A stretch of DNA of 30,533 nucleotides from Acidimicrobiales bacterium (GCA_024641625.1 JAHECQ010000002.1:1-30533), one strand, 5' to 3'; shown: positions 1 through 9,048, numbered from the stretch's first letter. The notes: generated from the sequence alone by a model not told the origin. Numbers and translations: made by a program.

Positions 1-571
1 AACCGATCATGTCGGGACGCTTGACGCAGTGGGCCACGACAGGGGAAATCCCGCTCGCCACCAATGCGTTCAGATGCACGCTGCCGCGCAGTTCTCGCAG
101 TGTTGCCGCCAACTGGGCCGCCCTGCCGGGGGCATCATCGACCAGCGGCATCGAAGCGATGCCGGCAAAGAGGGCCAGGCCAGCGATATCGGTGCCGGCA
201 ACGACGGCCTCGGCTGCCTCGCAGAACCCATCGAGACCCTCGACGCCGGCCAGTTTCTGACGACCGACTGCGGCGCAACACTCGTGATAGATGGCCGCTG
301 CCTCATGCGGCGGGAGCTTCTCCTTGGCGGAATTCCACAGTTTGGCCACCATTGCCCGGTGGAAGTAGCCGAAGGCGCTGGCCACGACGTCGGAATGGGT
401 ATCTCCCAACACCGAGCCACGACCAAGCATGTAGAACCGCATACCATCGAGGCCGAGCTCCTTGCCCTTGGCCAGGGTGTCCTTGTTGAAATAGAACGCC
501 GCGCCGGAAGAGCCGAGGGGTTCGGTGACCGCAGCGGCCAGATCGGTTGCTTGTGAAAGTGAGAGCGTCAT
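1..571 (-). CDS. SCO6745-like conserved actinobacterial protein (3' end runs off the window)
   Basis: Not in the ORF track because there is no stop in the window. My translation from ATG 571 is MTLSLSQATDLAAAVTEPLGSSGAAFYFNKDTLAKGKELGLDGMRFYMLGRGSVLGDTHSDVVASAFGYFHRAMVAKLW...LRELRGSVHLNAL. The FY..GRG.VLG, SAFGYF and LRELRG..H motifs fit the SCO6745-like family as I recall it. Confidence 0.75.
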   Translation of the reverse strand, partial: MTLSLSQATDLAAAVTEPLGSSGAAFYFNKDTLAKGKELGLDGMRFYMLGRGSVLGDTHSDVVASAFGYFHRAMVAKLWNSAKEKLPPHEAAAIYHECCAAVGRQKLAGVEGLDGFCEAAEAVVAGTDIAGLALFAGIASMPLVDDAPGRAAQLAATLRELRGSVHLNALVASGISPVVAHCVKRPDMIG

Positions 572-971
572 GGCCGAACCTTTGCAGAATCAGCCACCCA
601 CGGCAACATCGGATCCCCCCGAGCAGGTGGTGTCACTCGATCCCTGGACCGGGCCCTGGGAAGACTCCGATCCCGACGCCAACTTCAAACACGATGTCGC
701 GTTGTACAGCCGACTCGACCCGCTCACGACCTTGACCAATCTGTCCGCCACCGTGAACATTCCGGTGGGGTCGCTGTGCCGGTACATCCTCGCCAAGTGG
801 GCGGTCGCCGGCAGCGAAGCGCTGTTGTGCCTGGGCCCGACCGCAGTGGATCGGCTCTGGCAGACGGTGGCCGACGCCCACGAGACCGGCACAGAGGCCG
901 CCAAGCTGGCTGCGTTCGACGACCTGGCCGGCCAGCTGTCATGGCTTCGGGTGCCGCTCGAGGAGCAGTGA
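570..971 (+). CDS. Small conserved hypothetical protein (DUF6027-like)
   Basis: Protein-like ORF with PWTGPWEDSDPDANFKHDVALYSRLDPL and QLSWLRVPLEE. The start is uncertain: ATG 570, or a later GTG near 628. Confidence 0.65.
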   Translation: MAEPLQNQPPTATSDPPEQVVSLDPWTGPWEDSDPDANFKHDVALYSRLDPLTTLTNLSATVNIPVGSLCRYILAKWAVAGSEALLCLGPTAVDRLWQTVADAHETGTEAAKLAAFDDLAGQLSWLRVPLEEQ

Positions 972-978
972 GACCGAT

Positions 979-1014
979 CTGTGTCCCCGGTCGACCTGTG
1001 TCCCGGTCGACCGG
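979..1014. repeat. Two-copy 16-17 bp tandem repeat ending in a 12-bp palindrome, between convergent genes
   Basis: ctgtgtccccggtcgac (979-995) followed by ctgtgtcccggtcgac (996-1011); perfect palindrome ccggtcgaccgg at 1003-1014. Confidence 0.8.
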
Positions 1015-1020
1015 CTGCTC

Positions 1021-1866
1021 TCATTGATCGACCCGCAGGAGCGAGAGCTGGCGAGCCTGGGCAACCACCGCACCGGAGCTGTCCCACAGCACGCAATCCT
1101 CGACCAGGAGCTGATCGCCGATGTCACGCGTGGTGAGATGGGCACGAATCCAGCCGGGTGCCGGCGGCCGCCGGACATGCACGGTCAGCTCCAGCGTCGG
1201 CACCCAACCGATCCGTCCCAGGAGCCCGAACGGTGAGGGCGGGAACGCGTCGCAGAACAGGAGCAGGCTCGTGGTGTCCGGTTCGCGACCATCCAGGAAG
1301 CGGATCCAACCAGCCACCTCGGCCCGCCCGGAAACCCCGGTCAACGCAGGATCGATTCGTACGTCGAGCCGTCCGAGGATGGGCAGAGCGATACCTTGCT
1401 CGAGCTCTCGTCGAGAGGTGCACTCGTCGGGTTGAGGCACGGGGAAGGGTGGAATCGTCAGGGTCGGCGGCCCGACGGAGTGCGGCTCCTCACCGAAGGT
1501 GCCCAGAACACGGATCCGCTCTCTTCCCTCCTGCACCAGGCGACCGACCACCGTCGAGGTGGTGCGGCCCGAGCGAACGTGCTCGGTCACGATCTCGGCA
1601 GATTGACCGGCCGCCGGGGGACGCAGGTAGTGCGATGTGACCGAAATCGGCATGCTGTGGCTCGCAGCCGACGCCGCAGCCGACGCCAACATGGCCCGCA
1701 GCACCGAACTGATGGCGTACCCCCCGTTGGGGTTCTGCCCGATGTTCCACTGGTCGCTCACCTCGGTCGACCACACCCCTGGGGTATCGGTCGGCCGAAC
1801 GGCGGTTTCACGATCGAATTGCCACGAGCCGGCGGCGCCATCGGAGACGGGTTCGGATGCGTTCAC
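1021..1866 (-). CDS. Acyl-CoA thioesterase, TesB-like double hotdog family
   Basis: Motifs WNIGQNPNGGY, SVTSHYLRP, DAFPP, GWVPTLELTVH and LVEDCVLWDSSGAVVAQARQL. Likely GTG start at 1866; the upstream part of the 434-aa ORF is not protein-like. Confidence 0.88.
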   Translation of the reverse strand: MNASEPVSDGAAGSWQFDRETAVRPTDTPGVWSTEVSDQWNIGQNPNGGYAISSVLRAMLASAAASAASHSMPISVTSHYLRPPAAGQSAEIVTEHVRSGRTTSTVVGRLVQEGRERIRVLGTFGEEPHSVGPPTLTIPPFPVPQPDECTSRRELEQGIALPILGRLDVRIDPALTGVSGRAEVAGWIRFLDGREPDTTSLLLFCDAFPPSPFGLLGRIGWVPTLELTVHVRRPPAPGWIRAHLTTRDIGDQLLVEDCVLWDSSGAVVAQARQLSLLRVDQ

Positions 1867-1919
1867 CGATCCAGTATCTCCTCCGACGGCCGGATCGCAC
1901 CTCTCTGCCGATGACCGAC

Positions 1920-3257
1920 TCAAGGAGCAGCGAGACCCAGTTTCTGTTTCAGCCGGATGACTCTCGCGACGCTGATGTCGAGCCGCGTCATCGAGAGGCG
2001 CCCAGAGGAGAGCGCTTCGAGCAGGGCATTGCCCACCAGCTGGACATCGGGAGGAGCGAGGAGAATGTCGGCCCCGGCCAGCACCGAGCGAACTGCCAGC
2101 TCTCCCTGGTCGAGACCGGCCACCGCCCCCATGTCGAGGGCGTCGGTCATGACCACGCCATCGAAGCCCAAACCGCGTCGGAGATGGCCATCGATCAACA
2201 CCGGCGAGATCGTTGCCGGATCGCCACTGGGGTCGATGCCCGGAAGCGAGAGATGGCCGACGAGTACGACATCGACGCCGGCGTCGACCGCAGCAGCGAA
2301 CGGAATCAGGTCCCGCGACCGCCATGTCGCCTCGTCCACTCCGATGACGGGCAAGCCGCGATGGCTGTCGACCTGCGTATCCCCGTGCCCCGGCCAGTGT
2401 TTGACGGCAGCTGCGGCACCAGGAGCGAAGCCGTCACCGGTCTGCAGGCCGTCGATCGCGGCCATGACCATCCGGGCCACGAGCTGCGGGTCACCGCCAT
2501 AGGAGCGATCACCGATGATGCCGTCGTGCCGGTCGGTCACGTCGGCGACAGGAGCAAGGACAACGTTGACGCCCATCGACAACATCTCGGCCGCCGTGAT
2601 CGCCGCGGCGCCGCGAACAGCGTCCGCGTTGCCGGCCAACTCTCTCGCCGATTGAAAACTGGTGGTCCCATTACTGACCCGGTTGACCCGTCCGCCCTCC
2701 TGGTCGACTGCGATCAGGAGTCCGATACCGCTTGGGGCGGCCGCCTCCTGCAGTCCGGCACTGAGCGTCGCCACCTGCGAGCCATCCACCACGTTGCGCC
2801 GAAGGAACAGCACGCCACCCAACTCCTGCCGGATCACCACCTCGGCCGGCGTGTCGGCCCGCCCGATGGCCTGGTTCGACAGTTGTTCGTCACCGGTCGC
2901 CGCCGTCGCGTCGGTCCCCCAGAGCGCGGCCACGATCAGCTGACCCACCTTTTGTTCGACGGTCAGTTTGGACACGATCGCTGCAGCCGAGCCGATCGAG
3001 GTCATGGACGAAAATGCCTCGGCCGGCTCGATTACCGCCCGAGCAGGTGTTCCCGCCGGCTCGACGATCGCCGGCAGGGGAACAGTCCCATCCTCGGTAA
3101 CAGTGTCAGCTTCGGGGGCAGGCGCATCGACCGCGACCGGTCCGACGGGATCGCGACCGGCCGTCTCGGCGTCGGTCGCCGATCGAAGGTCCTCCACCTC
3201 GATGGATGGCCCGGTGCACGACGAGAGCAGAACGACGACCAGAGGGGTCAGGGCCAT
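1920..3257 (-). CDS. nagZ: GH3 beta-N-acetylhexosaminidase (NagZ/LpqI-like), predicted lipoprotein
   Basis: IAVDQEGGRVNR, VLAPVADV, KHWPGHGDTQVDSH (NagZ His/Asp motif) and VVMTDALDMGA (nucleophile Asp). N-terminal hydrophobic stretch with lipobox-like LLSSC. Start is ATG 3257 or 3357. Confidence 0.9.
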   Translation of the reverse strand: MALTPLVVVLLSSCTGPSIEVEDLRSATDAETAGRDPVGPVAVDAPAPEADTVTEDGTVPLPAIVEPAGTPARAVIEPAEAFSSMTSIGSAAAIVSKLTVEQKVGQLIVAALWGTDATAATGDEQLSNQAIGRADTPAEVVIRQELGGVLFLRRNVVDGSQVATLSAGLQEAAAPSGIGLLIAVDQEGGRVNRVSNGTTSFQSARELAGNADAVRGAAAITAAEMLSMGVNVVLAPVADVTDRHDGIIGDRSYGGDPQLVARMVMAAIDGLQTGDGFAPGAAAAVKHWPGHGDTQVDSHRGLPVIGVDEATWRSRDLIPFAAAVDAGVDVVLVGHLSLPGIDPSGDPATISPVLIDGHLRRGLGFDGVVMTDALDMGAVAGLDQGELAVRSVLAGADILLAPPDVQLVGNALLEALSSGRLSMTRLDISVARVIRLKQKLGLAAP

Positions 3258-3443
3258 CGACCGAAGCGAGCGGCGCTGCGGACCACCGCGAGGTGCGGCG
3301 CCGAGCCCTTCGATCGGATGAGGCGGTAATGTCGACCGCCTCCTACGCCCCTGCATGACCACCAGCGTAGGATCCAACGACGACCGCGTCCCGTATGGGG
3401 GCGGTGCGTCCCGAGTCCGCCTCGATCGACACGATGCTTCGAC

Positions 3444-4130
3444 ATGCCGAGAACCGACTGGAATCCCATCCTGCACCCCGAGCTGGAGAAGCCCTACTGG
3501 GAACGCCTTCAGCGTTTCGTTCACGACGAGCGTCAACGACACGAGGTGTACCCGCCGAACGAAGAGGTCTTTTCGGCCCTTCATCTCACCCCCTACGCCG
3601 AGGTGAAGGTGCTGATTCTGGGCCAGGACCCCTACCACGGACCCGGCCAGGCACACGGCCTGTGCTTCTCGGTGCGCCCGCCGACGGCTCCCCCTCCTTC
3701 GTTGGTCAACATCTTCTCCGAGCTCGAATCGGACCTCGGCCTTCCCCCTCCCGATCACGGCTCACTCGTGGCATGGGCGCAGCAGGGAGTGCTGTTGCTC
3801 AACGCGACGCTCACTGTTCGCGCCCACTCCCCGGCGTCGCACCAGGGCAAAGGGTGGGAGATCTTCACCGACGCAGTCATCGAGGCGGTCAACGCGAAAC
3901 CGGAACGTGTCGTCTTCATCCTCTGGGGCGCAGCGGCGCGAAAGAAGACAGCGCTCATCGATCAGAGCCGTCACGACGTCATCGAGTCGCCCCACCCCTC
4001 ACCACTGTCGGCCCACCGGGGCTTCTTCGGAAGTCGTCCGTTCTCCAGAGCCAACGCCGCGCTCATGAACGCGGGTCGTTCCCCGGTCGATTGGGGGCTG
4101 AGTCGCCCAGTTGACCACATCGTCGGCTGA
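3444..4130 (+). CDS. ung: Uracil-DNA glycosylase, family 1
   Basis: GQDPYH, GLCFSV, PPSLVNIF, GVLLLNATLTV, FILWG and HPSPLSAHRGF motifs. Confidence 0.98.
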   Translation: MPRTDWNPILHPELEKPYWERLQRFVHDERQRHEVYPPNEEVFSALHLTPYAEVKVLILGQDPYHGPGQAHGLCFSVRPPTAPPPSLVNIFSELESDLGLPPPDHGSLVAWAQQGVLLLNATLTVRAHSPASHQGKGWEIFTDAVIEAVNAKPERVVFILWGAAARKKTALIDQSRHDVIESPHPSPLSAHRGFFGSRPFSRANAALMNAGRSPVDWGLSRPVDHIVG

Positions 4131-4187
4131 GTCGCGCTAGATTGTCCTGGTATTCAAGCAGTCACCGATCAGGGCGCGGAGGGTCTG

Positions 4188-5201
4188 ATGGCGGTCTCTG
4201 TCAGCTCGGCAACACAATCCACCCCAGCGAGATCGCGCACGGCGTCGTCCATGATCGCGCCGTCGGTGCCGCCACCAACGACCAAACGGGTGATTGTCGA
4301 TCGCACCATCGACCTCGTGCGCAATGCCTCCCTGATCCTCGGCTTGTACTTCGCGTACGCCGTGGTTCGCCGCCTCACCGCCGACGATTGGTCCACAGCA
4401 CTGGCCAATGGCCGATCGTTGCTGGCCTTCCAGGATCGCATCGGGCTGCCCTCCGAGGCCGGCCTCCAACACGCCTACTTCCTGCAGAACCCCTCCGTCG
4501 TGCGTGCGGCCAACAGCTTCTACATGTGGGGTCACTTCCCGATCACCGGCGTGTTCATGATCTGGGTCTGGTGGCGCCGCCGCGCCTACTACGGCGTGAT
4601 CCGCAACAGCATCGTCGGTCTCACCCTTTCGGCGCTCGTGCTCCATATCGTCTTTCCGCTCGCGCCTCCTCGCTTCTTCCCGTCGGCCGGGTTCGTCGAC
4701 ACCGCTCGGGACTTCGGCCCCAATCCATACGACTTGGGCGCAGCCAAGGCTGCCAACCAGATCGCCGCCATGCCTTCGCTCCATGTCGGGTGGTCGGTCC
4801 TGGTCGCCATCAGCCTCATTGCCCTGTGCCGCTCGCGATGGCGGTTCCTCTCCCTGGTCCATCCGGTGGTCACCACCTGCGTGGTGGTGCTCACGGCCAA
4901 TCATTATTGGTCCGACGCCATCATTGCCGTGCTGTTGGTGAGCGGCGCGTGGGTGTTCACCGTCCGACTCGCCCGCCTGGGTCTGTTCTCCTTCCATCCC
5001 ACCGTTCACCCTGCTGCCCCGATCACCGACTCGCCATCGGTGGTGTGGCTCACCGATCCCCGTGCCGTCTCCGCCAGGGCCGGGATTGTCGAAGGGATCA
5101 TCGATGTGCGCGCTGACCGGGCATCGGAGCACCTTGCGCCGAACACCGATTCCGACGAAGACAGGTTCGCCTACCAGTCACCCTCGAAGAGCGGGGCCTG
5201 A
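4188..5201 (+). CDS. PAP2-superfamily membrane protein (AUR1/inositol-phosphorylceramide synthase-like)
   Basis: Multiple TM segments; PLAPPRF, AAMPSLHVGWS and TANHYWSD motifs. The start may be ATG 4251. Confidence 0.85.
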   Translation: MAVSVSSATQSTPARSRTASSMIAPSVPPPTTKRVIVDRTIDLVRNASLILGLYFAYAVVRRLTADDWSTALANGRSLLAFQDRIGLPSEAGLQHAYFLQNPSVVRAANSFYMWGHFPITGVFMIWVWWRRRAYYGVIRNSIVGLTLSALVLHIVFPLAPPRFFPSAGFVDTARDFGPNPYDLGAAKAANQIAAMPSLHVGWSVLVAISLIALCRSRWRFLSLVHPVVTTCVVVLTANHYWSDAIIAVLLVSGAWVFTVRLARLGLFSFHPTVHPAAPITDSPSVVWLTDPRAVSARAGIVEGIIDVRADRASEHLAPNTDSDEDRFAYQSPSKSGA

Positions 5202-5599
5202 GTCATCGACTGCTTCTCGGCGTTCCAGTGACGTCGACAACGCAGGTCGTGGGTGACGGTCACCTTCTCGCCGGTGCCGCCGGTATCGACCTGCTGTGCG
5301 GTGGAGAACTGGGCTTCATCGCAGATGACGGCATGAAGACCCTCTCCTGACCCGCGGCCGAGGCCCGCCATCGGCCGGAGGTCTTCCTCGCGCAAGAGGC
5401 GATACAGATCGACCGTTGGATCGACCACGACCGCTGCAGCGGAGATGCCGAGCCGACTCGATACTCGGCCGGTCTGACGATCGAGTTGGCTGATGAGCAG
5501 GCAACGCAACCCTCGTTCGGCCAGGTTGTGACGGATCTGCAGTGCCTGCGTCGACTTGCCCGAACCCATTGTTCCGAAGAAGAAGCGCAACTCGGCCAT
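5171..5599 (-). pseudogene. tdk: Thymidine kinase with a large in-frame internal deletion
   Basis: P-loop GTMGSGKST, SSRLG, VICDEAQF and C-terminal CRRHW are present. Only 22 residues separate DEAQF from CRRH; the GL.TDF and CxC segments are missing. Confidence 0.8.
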
Positions 5600-5668
5600 G
5601 GACCCTCAAGCTATCGGACGGGTTCGGTCCGGACGTCCCGAACAGAGGGTGCCCGGTAACGTGGACGC

Positions 5669-6478
5669 ATGTTGCCTGGCCCACCGACTCCACCCGATGC
5701 TGTGCCGGGGGTGGGGCCGGGCGTCGATGGGATTCGCCCGAGCCCGGTGTTCTGGGGGGTGGTTGCCCTCACCGTTTTCGGGCTCTGGCTCACCACGGCC
5801 GATTTCGCCAGCCCCGGAGTGGCCGTGTTCACCTTCGTTGCCATGGGCTGGCTGCTCTCGTTGATCCTTCATGAGTTCAGCCACGCGTTCGTGGCCTGGA
5901 GAGGCGGTGACCACAGCGTCGTGGCGCGCGGCTACCTCTCGCTCGACCCACGCCTGTACACCGACCCATTTACGTCGTTGCTCTTCCCGTTGCTGCTGGT
6001 GGCGATGGGCGGAATCGGTCTGCCCGGCGGAGCGGTGTGGATCGACCGTTCAGCGCTTCGGTCACCGAGGACGGCCTCCCTGGTGTCATTGGCAGGTCCG
6101 CTGTCGAATCTGGTGTTCGCGGTGTGCTGTGTGGTGCCGGTATCGACCGGACTCGTCTCGTTCGAGGGGTCGCCGGTACTGGCGATCTCCCTGTCGTTCC
6201 TCGCGTTCCTCCAGATCACCGCGTTCGTCATCAACATGCTGCCCATCCCGGGACTCGATGGATTCGGCGCCCTCGAGCCCTTTCTTCCCCGGGAGGTCCT
6301 GGTGACCATCGCGCCGATCCGCCGCTACTCGATGTTTGCGCTCTTCATCGGACTGTGGTTCATCCAACCCGTCAACGACGCGTTCTGGAATCTGGTCCTC
6401 AACGTGGTCGACCTCTTCGGTATCGATCCGGCATTGGCCCTCGAGGGTTTCCGGCTGTTCCGGTTCTGGGAGGCCTGA
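5669..6478 (+). CDS. Site-2 protease family (M50) intramembrane metallopeptidase
   Basis: HEFSH zinc motif, SLAGPLSN and NMLPIPGLDG; multiple TM helices. Confidence 0.93.
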   Translation: MLPGPPTPPDAVPGVGPGVDGIRPSPVFWGVVALTVFGLWLTTADFASPGVAVFTFVAMGWLLSLILHEFSHAFVAWRGGDHSVVARGYLSLDPRLYTDPFTSLLFPLLLVAMGGIGLPGGAVWIDRSALRSPRTASLVSLAGPLSNLVFAVCCVVPVSTGLVSFEGSPVLAISLSFLAFLQITAFVINMLPIPGLDGFGALEPFLPREVLVTIAPIRRYSMFALFIGLWFIQPVNDAFWNLVLNVVDLFGIDPALALEGFRLFRFWEA

Positions 6479-6487
6479 GCCGAGACC

Positions 6488-7288
6488 ATGAACCGCAACC
6501 CCGCCTCCGTCGATCCCACCGGATCCAGCGAGACCGTGCAACCCCGTTCGGGTTTTCGCGGTTGGGTCGGACGCCCCCTGTGGATGGAGGCGCGAGTGCC
6601 CCTCGAGCGACGCGAGCTGCGAAAGAGCGAGTTCTGGCTGGGCAAGGGCCTCCCCGATGGACGCGGCCGCCCGGTGCTGATCATCCCGGGCTTCATGTCG
6701 GGGCCGAACAAGGCGGCCCCGTTGGCCCATGTGCTTCGTGCCTCGGGGTGGGAGGCCATGGTCGCTGACGTCGGCCGCAATGCCGGTCCGGCCTATCACA
6801 GCGTTGAGCTGGCCAGGCACGGGGTGGAGTCGCTCGCACAGCGAACCGGTGCACGCGTAGCCGTGGTCGGCCACAGTCGCGGCGGACAGTTCGGTCGAGT
6901 GCTCGCCTACCGACATCCCGAACTCGTCCACCGGGTGGTCGCAGTCTCTGCGCCGCTACGAACCAAGTATCCGCCTTTCTTCCTGGTGAAGGTGCCGGCC
7001 GAGGCGCTCGATCGAGTGTGGCGGGCCGGGATCTTCGGCCAGGTCCATCCTGATCGGGAACAGTCCGTCGATGACGATCGATATCGATCACTTCCTCCGG
7101 GTGTCGACCTCATCTCGATCTACTCCCGCTCCGATGGCATCGTCGACTGGCGCTATTCCTTCGACCGACAGGCCCGCATGGTCGAGGTCACTGCCACCCA
7201 CCTCGGTGTGATGCAGAGCATTGCCGGCATCACCACGATCGCCGCCGAACTCGATCGGCCATCCATGTCAATCGAGCTCGGACAGTAA
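6488..7288 (+). CDS. Alpha/beta hydrolase (esterase/lipase-like)
   Basis: Oxyanion region IIPGF, nucleophile GHSRGG, candidate Asp in SRSDGIVDW and candidate His in THLG. Starts 9 bp after the S2P gene. Confidence 0.88.
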   Translation: MNRNPASVDPTGSSETVQPRSGFRGWVGRPLWMEARVPLERRELRKSEFWLGKGLPDGRGRPVLIIPGFMSGPNKAAPLAHVLRASGWEAMVADVGRNAGPAYHSVELARHGVESLAQRTGARVAVVGHSRGGQFGRVLAYRHPELVHRVVAVSAPLRTKYPPFFLVKVPAEALDRVWRAGIFGQVHPDREQSVDDDRYRSLPPGVDLISIYSRSDGIVDWRYSFDRQARMVEVTATHLGVMQSIAGITTIAAELDRPSMSIELGQ

Positions 7289-8119
7289 CTCCTCGACCTT
7301 CAGCGCCAGCCCGTCCTCGTCGCTGGTGAGGATGACCTCGTCGGCCGCCGCCTTCGCATCGTCGCTTGCATTGCCCATCGCGAACGAACGCCCCGCCCAT
7401 TGCAGCATGGCCACGTCGTTGTGATTGTCACCGAACGCTGCGACCTCCGACCGATCGATGCCGAGGTCGAAGGCCAACGCGTCGAGCGCGGTGGCCTTGG
7501 TGACCTGTCCGACGCCGACCTCGATGAAGGACAGGCCGGAGTAGCTGGGTGTGGCGTGGTCACCGACCACCTTGCCGGTGCGCCGATACAGCTCGTCGAT
7601 CCCGAGCTCGGGATGGAAGATCACGACCTTCTGGACCCGACTGTGCATGCCGTCGAGGACGTCGTCGATCGGCTTGTTCGCCGGCATCTGATGGACCAGC
7701 GCGGCAAAACCAGGCTCGTGGGCCACTTCGCGGTCCATTTCGATGGCGAAACCCGCTCCGGGAATGGCCGCACGAAGTTCGATGACCAGTCCTTGGGCCA
7801 CGAAGGGGTCCATCCAGAACCCGCGCACCAGTTCGTCACGTTCGAGGTGTCGGGTGATGGCGCCGTTGGCGAACACCCAGTAGTGATGCAGCTCGAGGGC
7901 ATCGATCACATCGTAGGTGACCATCAGCGGACGCCCGGTCGCCGGTACGACGTGAACTCCGGCGTCCCAGGCCCGATGCAGCGCCGCCTGGACCCGCGGC
8001 GACAAGGTGCCATCGGAACGGAGCATCGTGCCGTCGATGTCGGTGGCGATCATCCTGATCTGCGCCGAACCGGCGGGTCGAGCAGAAACAGTCTGGACAG
8101 ATGCCGGCTGGTGGGTCAC
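7268..8119 (-). CDS. Cof-type HAD-IIB hydrolase
   Basis: Motif I TDIDGT, ATGR, TKA and GDNHNDVAML. Confidence 0.93.
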   Translation of the reverse strand: MTHQPASVQTVSARPAGSAQIRMIATDIDGTMLRSDGTLSPRVQAALHRAWDAGVHVVPATGRPLMVTYDVIDALELHHYWVFANGAITRHLERDELVRGFWMDPFVAQGLVIELRAAIPGAGFAIEMDREVAHEPGFAALVHQMPANKPIDDVLDGMHSRVQKVVIFHPELGIDELYRRTGKVVGDHATPSYSGLSFIEVGVGQVTKATALDALAFDLGIDRSEVAAFGDNHNDVAMLQWAGRSFAMGNASDDAKAAADEVILTSDEDGLALKVEELLSELD

Positions 8120-8278
8120 AGGATCGGTCTACCGGTTCAGCCGGCGCCGAGCAACCGACTCACGACGTCAGCGATCTCGGACCGTTCGGATCGGGTGGTG
8201 GGGGCGAGCGATGTCGTGGTCAACACGCCTTGGAGTTCGACAGGTCCAGCGCAACCCGGGACAGACCGCCAACACCCG

Positions 8279-8329
8279 GTGGTCAGGATCGAACGTCGCC
8301 ACGACGTCGGGAAGTTCGACTGCGGTGTG
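8279..8329 (+). pseudogene. Possible 5' stub of a TacT/AtaT-like GNAT acetyltransferase toxin
   Basis: GTG-started frame VVRIERRHDVGKFDCGV resembles the HD...FDCG N-terminus of this family. The similarity stops where PhyH similarity starts in another frame. Only 17 codons. Confidence 0.4.
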
Positions 8330-9048
8330 ATCTTGACGGGTTTCTCGTGCTGGACAATCTCCGGTCGGCCGCAGCCTGCGACGAGCTGATGGGCCGGGCG
8401 GCCGACCTCGTCGATTCCTATGACGGCCATCACCGCTCGGTCTTCACCACCGACGAGCAGGCTCGCCATGCCGACGACAAGTTCCTCGAGTCGGGTGGCA
8501 CCATCGACTTCTTCTGGGAGGCCGAAGCCCTCGACGACGAAGGCCAGGTCGTTGTCGACAAGCGGGTGGCGTTCAACAAGATGGGTCACGCCGCCCATGA
8601 TCTGGACCCGGTGTTCGATCGCTTCTCTCGTCAGGATCCCCTGCCGGAGCTCGTCGCCGATCTCGGCCTACGGAACCCCAGACTCCTGCAATCGATGCTC
8701 ATCCTCGAGCACGCCGGCATCGGTGGGGAGGTGGTCTCCCACCAGGACGCCACGTTCCTCTCCACCGATCCGATCACCGTCATCGGCCTGTGGTTTGCCC
8801 TCGAGGACGCCACCATCGAGAACGGCTGCCTGCCGGCGCTGGATGATCCCACACTCGTGCCGCTCGAGGTCTCCAAGGGCGCCTGCGTCGTGCTTCATGG
8901 CCTTCTGCCTCACGGCTCGCATCCCAACCGCTCGTCCCGATCTCGCCAGGCCTACTCGGTGCACCTGATCGACGGGTCGGCCGAGTACCCGGCAGACAAC
9001 TGGCTGCAACGCCCTGACCTGCCACTACGGGGATTCCGGTCGAACTGA
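8329..9048 (+). pseudogene. Phytanoyl-CoA dioxygenase family (PHYHD1-like) 2OG/Fe(II) oxygenase, 5'-truncated and internally deleted
   Basis: DGFLVL, NKMGHAAHDLDPVFDRFS, HQDATF, WFALEDATIENGCL, LPHGS, SRQAY and DNWLQ motifs. No credible start codon near the homology start, and the conserved W..PGSH segment after GCL is absent. Confidence 0.7.

Noticed and set aside
4096-4135. 11-bp direct repeat ggctgagtcgc at 4096-4106 and 4125-4135, around the ung stop
   Set aside because: Only two short GC-rich copies with no mobile-element features between them. Plausibly chance or a trivial duplication.
3444-5599. ung and tdk proximity as a dedicated uracil/thymidine salvage or anti-phage module
   Set aside because: The genes are on opposite strands, separated by an unrelated PAP2 gene, and tdk appears broken. 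There is no further supporting gene.
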